DNA of 64,000 nt from Erythrobacter sp. GTDB lineage: Bacteria; Pseudomonadota; Alphaproteobacteria; Sphingomonadales; Sphingomonadaceae. Positions within the stretch are counted from its first letter, which is position 1; the number at the start of each line of letters is the position of its first letter. Under the pieces are notes generated by a model that worked only from the letters and a program-made list of their open reading frames with translations, was not told where the DNA came from and did no database searches. Below are positions 59,417 through 64,000 of the stretch, one piece after another. The translations under genes and the position numbers were made by a program. The stretch is taken from assembly GCA_019739335.1 (NCBI GenBank), contig CP073261.1, positions 996,818 through 1,060,817 of the forward strand, in the 5' to 3' direction.

Positions 59417-60862
59417 GTGAAAGCGGAAATCGAAATCGGGCGGGACGCGCATGGCACGCCGGTAGCCATCGACGTGGAGGAACTGCTCGCCACCCGGCTC
59501 CTCGTGCAGGGCAATTCGGGCAGCGGCAAGTCGCACTTGCTGCGCCGGCTGCTCGAACAGAGCGCGGGCCTGGTGCAACAGGTGGTGATCGATCCTGAAG
59601 GCGATTTCACTTCGCTGGCCGATCATTTCGATCACGTGGTAATCGAGGGCGCAAGCTATTCCCCGCGCGAGATCGAGGCATTGGCGGGCCGCATCCGCCA
59701 GCATCGCGCCTCGGTGGTGCTGGCGCTCGACGATCTCGAAGTCGAAGCGCAAATCCGCTGCGCCGCGCAATTCCTCACCGCACTGTTCGATGCCCCGCGT
59801 GAACATTGGTATCCGGTGCTGGTGGTGGTGGACGAAGCGCAGATGTTCGCGCCGTCAGCCGCAGGTGAGATGGCGGAAGACACCCGGCGGATGTCGCTGG
59901 CGGCGATGACCAACCTCATGTGCCGGGGCCGCAAACGCGGGCTGGCGGGAATCGTCGCCACCCAGCGGCTCGCCAAGCTGGCGAAGAATGTCGCGGCGGA
60001 AGCCAGCAACTTCCTGATGGGGCGCACTTTCCTCGATATCGACATGCAGCGCGCGGCGGACCTGCTCGGGATGGATCGCAAGCAGGCGGAGCGGATTCGC
60101 GACCTCCAGCGCGGGCATTTCCTCGGCCTTGGCCCGGCAATTAGCCGCCGGCCGGTGGCGGTGCATATCGGCACGGTGCAATCGGGGGGCAAAAGCGGCG
60201 CTGCCGCGCTAACTCCGTTGCCGCAGGCCGATGCGGTGGAAATGGGCGCACTGCTGCACGCCGAACTGGCGCAGGAAGCTGCCGAGGCTGTGCATCGCCC
60301 GTCGCCGCCTTCGTCCCCGCCAGCCCCGGCGTTGGAGCAATTGGCGCAGAGCATTGCAGAGATCGGGGCCGAACGCGGGGCCGAACCCGCCGGGCCCGCT
60401 CCCACTGGATCGGTGGAGGAGGTGCTGTGGGAACTCGCAGCCGAAGAAGGCGCAACCTTCCTCCCCACCGCCACCCTGTTCCGCAGCTTTGCCACCCGCT
60501 GCCGGGAGCGCGGCATCGCCTCGGCGCATATCGACATGCCCGCATTCCGCCGCCGCTTCGCCTTTGCTGCCGCCGGGGTCGACCAATTGGAGGCGTCGCC
60601 GCGCGCCGCTGTCGAACGGCTGGCAGAAGGGGTCGCGGACGATGTCCTCGCGCCATATCTCGCCATCCTCGTCTCCGCCGCGCAAGGGCACGGCACCCCC
60701 GACGAAGCGACGCTTGCGCGCGTTTACGGCACCGCTTCACCGGGCCGCATCCGCCGCCTGCTCGAACATCTCGAAAAGACCGGGCTGATCTGCGTCCACG
60801 AAGACTTCGGCGGGGACCGAACCATTACCGTCCCCGGCATCGAAGCAGTGCACGCCGGCTAG
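59417..60862 (+). CDS. HerA/DUF87-like P-loop ATPase
   Basis: GNSGSGKS, VIDPEGD, VVVDEAQ, GRKRGL, ATQR. Confidence 0.88.
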   Translation: MKAEIEIGRDAHGTPVAIDVEELLATRLLVQGNSGSGKSHLLRRLLEQSAGLVQQVVIDPEGDFTSLADHFDHVVIEGASYSPREIEALAGRIRQHRASVVLALDDLEVEAQIRCAAQFLTALFDAPREHWYPVLVVVDEAQMFAPSAAGEMAEDTRRMSLAAMTNLMCRGRKRGLAGIVATQRLAKLAKNVAAEASNFLMGRTFLDIDMQRAADLLGMDRKQAERIRDLQRGHFLGLGPAISRRPVAVHIGTVQSGGKSGAAALTPLPQADAVEMGALLHAELAQEAAEAVHRPSPPSSPPAPALEQLAQSIAEIGAERGAEPAGPAPTGSVEEVLWELAAEEGATFLPTATLFRSFATRCRERGIASAHIDMPAFRRRFAFAAAGVDQLEASPRAAVERLAEGVADDVLAPYLAILVSAAQGHGTPDEATLARVYGTASPGRIRRLLEHLEKTGLICVHEDFGGDRTITVPGIEAVHAG

Positions 60863-61041
60863 AGCCGGCGGCCGACGCCTTTTGCAGCCTTCCAGCCCAT
60901 GACGAGGAACACCACTGTTCCGATCAAGGCGATCACGAAGATGATCAGCGCAATATTGGCCAGCGCGCCGGCAACGCCGCTGAAGCCGAGGATCGCCGCG
61001 ATTAGGGCGACGATGGCGAGGGTAAATGCCCAGCCGTACAT
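60859..61041 (-). CDS. DUF1328 (UPF0391) small membrane protein
   Basis: WAFTLAIVALIAAILGFSGVAG...IIFVI. Confidence 0.9.
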   Translation of the reverse strand: MYGWAFTLAIVALIAAILGFSGVAGALANIALIIFVIALIGTVVFLVMGWKAAKGVGRRL

Positions 61042-61078
61042 GAAATTCCTCCAGAAATGCGAGTTTGTCTGTCAGACC

Positions 61079-61103
61079 AATGGCTGCCCAGGCCGAGAGT
61101 TCC
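61079..61103 (-). promoter_or_regulatory. EcfG-type promoter
   Basis: Minus strand GGAAC-N16-CATT. Confidence 0.6.
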
Positions 61104-61203
61104 GCAACTTCGCTCGGGCGTAAAAGGATCAGCAGCCATCAGCCCGCCGCAGATTGCCCTTTTCCGGTTTCAGTCGTAACGACCCCCGGCAAGGAGACTC
61201 GTC

Positions 61204-62319
61204 ATGCGCATCGGCTGCCCGAAGGAAATCAAGAACCGCGAATACCGTGTCGGCCTGACGCCCGAAAGCGCGGGTGAGCTGGTCGCCAATGGGCACGAGG
61301 TCTGGATCGAGACCGGCGCGGGCGACGGCATCGGCGCGTTCGACCGGCATTACGAGGAGCGCGGGGCAAAGGTGGTCCCCACAGCGGCGGAAATCTTCGC
61401 TGAATGCGAAATGATCGTGAAGGTGAAGGAACCGCAGGCCGGAGAACGCGCCATGCTGCGCGAAGGCCAGTTGCTTTACACCTATCTCCACCTCGCCCCC
61501 GATCCGGAGCAGACCAGGGAACTCGTCAATTCGGGTGCGACCTGCATCGCCTATGAAACCGTCACCAGCCCACACGGCGGCCTGCCGCTGCTGAAGCCGA
61601 TGAGCCAGGTGGCGGGACGGATGAGCATCCAGGCGGGCGCCAGCGCGCTGGAAAAGGCACACGGCGGGCGCGGTGTGCTGCTGGGCGGAGTGCCGGGCGT
61701 TATGCCCGGCAAGGTCGTCATTATCGGCGGCGGCGTAGTCGGCTTCAACGCCGCGCAAATGTCTGCCGGGCTGGGCGCGGATACCGTCATCATGGACCTG
61801 AATCCGGAAGTGCTGGAAAAGGTCGGCACCCATTTCGAAGCCCGGGCAAGCACGCGCTTTGCCAGTCGCGCGAACATCGAGGAAGCCGTGGCCGAAGCGG
61901 ATATGGTGGTGGGCGCCGTTCTCGTTCCCGGTGCTGCCGCGCCCAAGCTGGTGACGTGCGCCATGCTCAAGACGATGAAGCCGGGCGCGGTTCTGGTGGA
62001 CGTGGCCATCGACCAGGGCGGTTGCTTCGAAACCAGCAAGGCCACCACGCATGACGATCCGACCTATGTGGTGGACGATATCGTGCATTACTGCGTTGCC
62101 AACATGCCCGGAGCGGTGAGCCGCACCTCCACCTATGCGCTCAACAACGTCACCTTGCCCCACGCCATCCGCATCGCCAATCTGGGGTGGAAGGAAGCGA
62201 TGCGCCGAGATCCGCACTTGGCGCAGGGGCTGAACGTCCACGCGGGCCGGGTGACCTATCCGGCAGTGGCGAGCGAGCTGGGATACGAGCTGCTGCCGAT
62301 CGCCGAGGCGATCGCCTGA
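61204..62319 (+). CDS. ald: Alanine dehydrogenase
   Basis: GCPKEIKNREYRV, KVKEP, YLHLA, GGGVVG, DVAIDQGG, NMPGAV. Confidence 0.97.
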   Translation: MRIGCPKEIKNREYRVGLTPESAGELVANGHEVWIETGAGDGIGAFDRHYEERGAKVVPTAAEIFAECEMIVKVKEPQAGERAMLREGQLLYTYLHLAPDPEQTRELVNSGATCIAYETVTSPHGGLPLLKPMSQVAGRMSIQAGASALEKAHGGRGVLLGGVPGVMPGKVVIIGGGVVGFNAAQMSAGLGADTVIMDLNPEVLEKVGTHFEARASTRFASRANIEEAVAEADMVVGAVLVPGAAAPKLVTCAMLKTMKPGAVLVDVAIDQGGCFETSKATTHDDPTYVVDDIVHYCVANMPGAVSRTSTYALNNVTLPHAIRIANLGWKEAMRRDPHLAQGLNVHAGRVTYPAVASELGYELLPIAEAIA

Positions 62320-62385
62320 GCGCGTAGCAATACCCCTGTTGGGTTAACCCGATAGAAGGGCAGTGGGGATACCAATCCCTGCATC

Positions 62386-64000
62386 ATGCGGGGGATTCCA
62401 ATCTTTTTTCTTAGCCTGTTGCTGGCCATAAGCGGGCTGGCCCTGCCCGGACCTGCGCGCGCGCAGGAAGCGCACTTTGCGCCCGGCTCGGTGTGCCACA
62501 CTGTTGCAGCTTCCGGTGAAGAGCTGGAGGAACTGGCGCGCCAAGCAGGGCGCTGGAACTGCAATCCGGATGCATGGCCGAGCGAAGGGCAGCGCATAGT
62601 CGTCCGTCTCGATCAGCGGCTTGCGCAAGCACCCGCCGACTATATCTCGATGCGCCGCCAACGCTTTGACGTGCTCGAGGTCCAGTCAGTTGCCGCCGAT
62701 GGCAGCCGCGTGTCGAATCGCCTTGGCCCGGATGATCTCACCGATGGGGAGACCTTCTGGGAGGCATTCGTTCCGGTTCCCCAACTCGGTTCACCGGCAA
62801 CCGCAATCATTCTTGCCATCGACAATCCGAACTTTCCCGGACGGATGCGGGATGTTGCGGCGGTCAGCGGCCCGCCGTTCGAAAAGGTCGCCGGGCTTTC
62901 GCACCTGTTCGCTGCCTTGCTGTGCGGTCTCCTGCTCGCACCGGTGTTCTTCGATCTCGGCTTCGCCCGCACCCTGCGTCAGCGGTTTCCGCTCTATCAC
63001 GGGCTGTTTTGCTTCCTTGCCGCGGTGAACACGGCGACCGTGACCGGCGTGACGCAACTGGTGTGGACGATCGATCCGCACCTCCTCCCGGCGCTATCCA
63101 CGCTATCATTTGACCTGATGGTCGCTGCATCCACCCTGTTCCTGATGAGCTTTATCGAGCCGGGCATTTTCAGCCGCACCGATCGCCGGGTCGCGCAAGC
63201 GCTTCCGGTGCTCGCAATTGGCCTGGGGCTGACAATGTACCTGGGTCCGGCAGTGTTTGGCGCTGGTGCGATACAGGCCTACTACGCAGGCTACTTGCTC
63301 TTCGTGATCATGCTGCTGGTGTTGATGGGGCGTGCCTGGAGGAATGGCAGCCGCGCGATCCGCTTCATTGTCCTTGCCTACACCCCGCTGATACTGGTCG
63401 GGCTGATGCGGATATTCTCGACCCTGTTCGGGCCGATCAATGCCCCGATCGAGGGCCTGTGGCAGCAATGCCTTGCCCTCGCTTTCGAAGTCGTGGTGAC
63501 ATCCTTTGCGGTTGCCGACCGCTTCATGACCATCAAGCGCGAGCGCGATAGCGCCCGCAGCACGGCGCGAGTGATGGAGGAACTGTCAGAACGCGATCCG
63601 CTGACCGGTCTGCTCAACCGCCGTGCGCTCGAAGCCCGGTTTGCCGGCCTGCGCGCAGAAGGCTTCACCGCGCTGGCCGCGATCGATCTCGATCATTTCA
63701 AGGCGGTCAACGATCGCTTCGGCCATGCCGCGGGCGATGAAGTGCTGCGCTGCGTGGGCAAGGTGCTGCGCAGCCGCGATGACCAGATGCGCGCCTTCCG
63801 CATGGGTGGCGAGGAATTCGTGCTGCTGCTGCGCGGCGACCATGCGCTGGCGCGCGCCGAGGAATTGCGCCTAGCGATTGCGGCGGCGGTAGAGAATTGT
63901 GCCGCCGTGCCGATTACCGTCACCGCCAGCATGGGCGTGGTGGAAGCTCCGGCGGACGCCTGGCCGGACGCGGGCTTCCTGTCGCTGTATGAACACGCCG
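62386..64000 (+). CDS. 7TM-DISM-type membrane diguanylate cyclase (runs off the window end; not in ORF track)
   Basis: Open frame from ATG 62386: signal peptide, multiple TMs, DPLTGLLNRR, IDLDHFKAVNDRFGHAAGD, RMGGEEF. Confidence 0.9.
   Translation, partial: MRGIPIFFLSLLLAISGLALPGPARAQEAHFAPGSVCHTVAASGEELEELARQAGRWNCNPDAWPSEGQRIVVRLDQRLAQAPADYISMRRQRFDVLEVQSVAADGSRVSNRLGPDDLTDGETFWEAFVPVPQLGSPATAIILAIDNPNFPGRMRDVAAVSGPPFEKVAGLSHLFAALLCGLLLAPVFFDLGFARTLRQRFPLYHGLFCFLAAVNTATVTGVTQLVWTIDPHLLPALSTLSFDLMVAASTLFLMSFIEPGIFSRTDRRVAQALPVLAIGLGLTMYLGPAVFGAGAIQAYYAGYLLFVIMLLVLMGRAWRNGSRAIRFIVLAYTPLILVGLMRIFSTLFGPINAPIEGLWQQCLALAFEVVVTSFAVADRFMTIKRERDSARSTARVMEELSERDPLTGLLNRRALEARFAGLRAEGFTALAAIDLDHFKAVNDRFGHAAGDEVLRCVGKVLRSRDDQMRAFRMGGEEFVLLLRGDHALARAEELRLAIAAAVENCAAVPITVTASMGVVEAPADAWPDAGFLSLYEHA

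Overview
GC-rich alphaproteobacterial chromosome segment, most consistent with Sphingomonadales/Erythrobacteraceae (inferred from gene content, REP-type palindromes and CtrA/EcfG/LexA-type motifs). The core genes are dcd, nrdB, nrdA, nadB, guaA, gyrB, ivd, mccB, lgt, glnD, yggS, ftsK, rimK and ald, plus tRNA-Cys and tRNA-Thr, with many small accessory genes in between. The strongest signal is a low-GC cassette (about 10270-11800) whose first gene starts within the nrdB stop codon. It encodes a DUF1863/ThsB-type TIR protein with the catalytic Glu, two small multi-TM membrane proteins, and a 49-aa poly-proline microprotein absent from the ORF track. It is a candidate non-canonical TIR-plus-membrane-effector anti-phage system. 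Next to it is a DUF559 nuclease gene bracketed by about 100-bp inverted REPIN-like arms, with an alphaproteobacterial SOS-box-like site. Other points of interest: a RimK / beta-barrel / 7TM / ATP-grasp operon, a wHTH-TM-receiver regulator divergent from an unusual beta-barrel protein, an orphan low-GC ORF with ART/TNT-like motif spacing, two pairs of NrdR-like boxes and a perfect CtrA box upstream of nrdA, and six EcfG-type promoters. All family calls come from motifs recognised by eye; no database searches were run.
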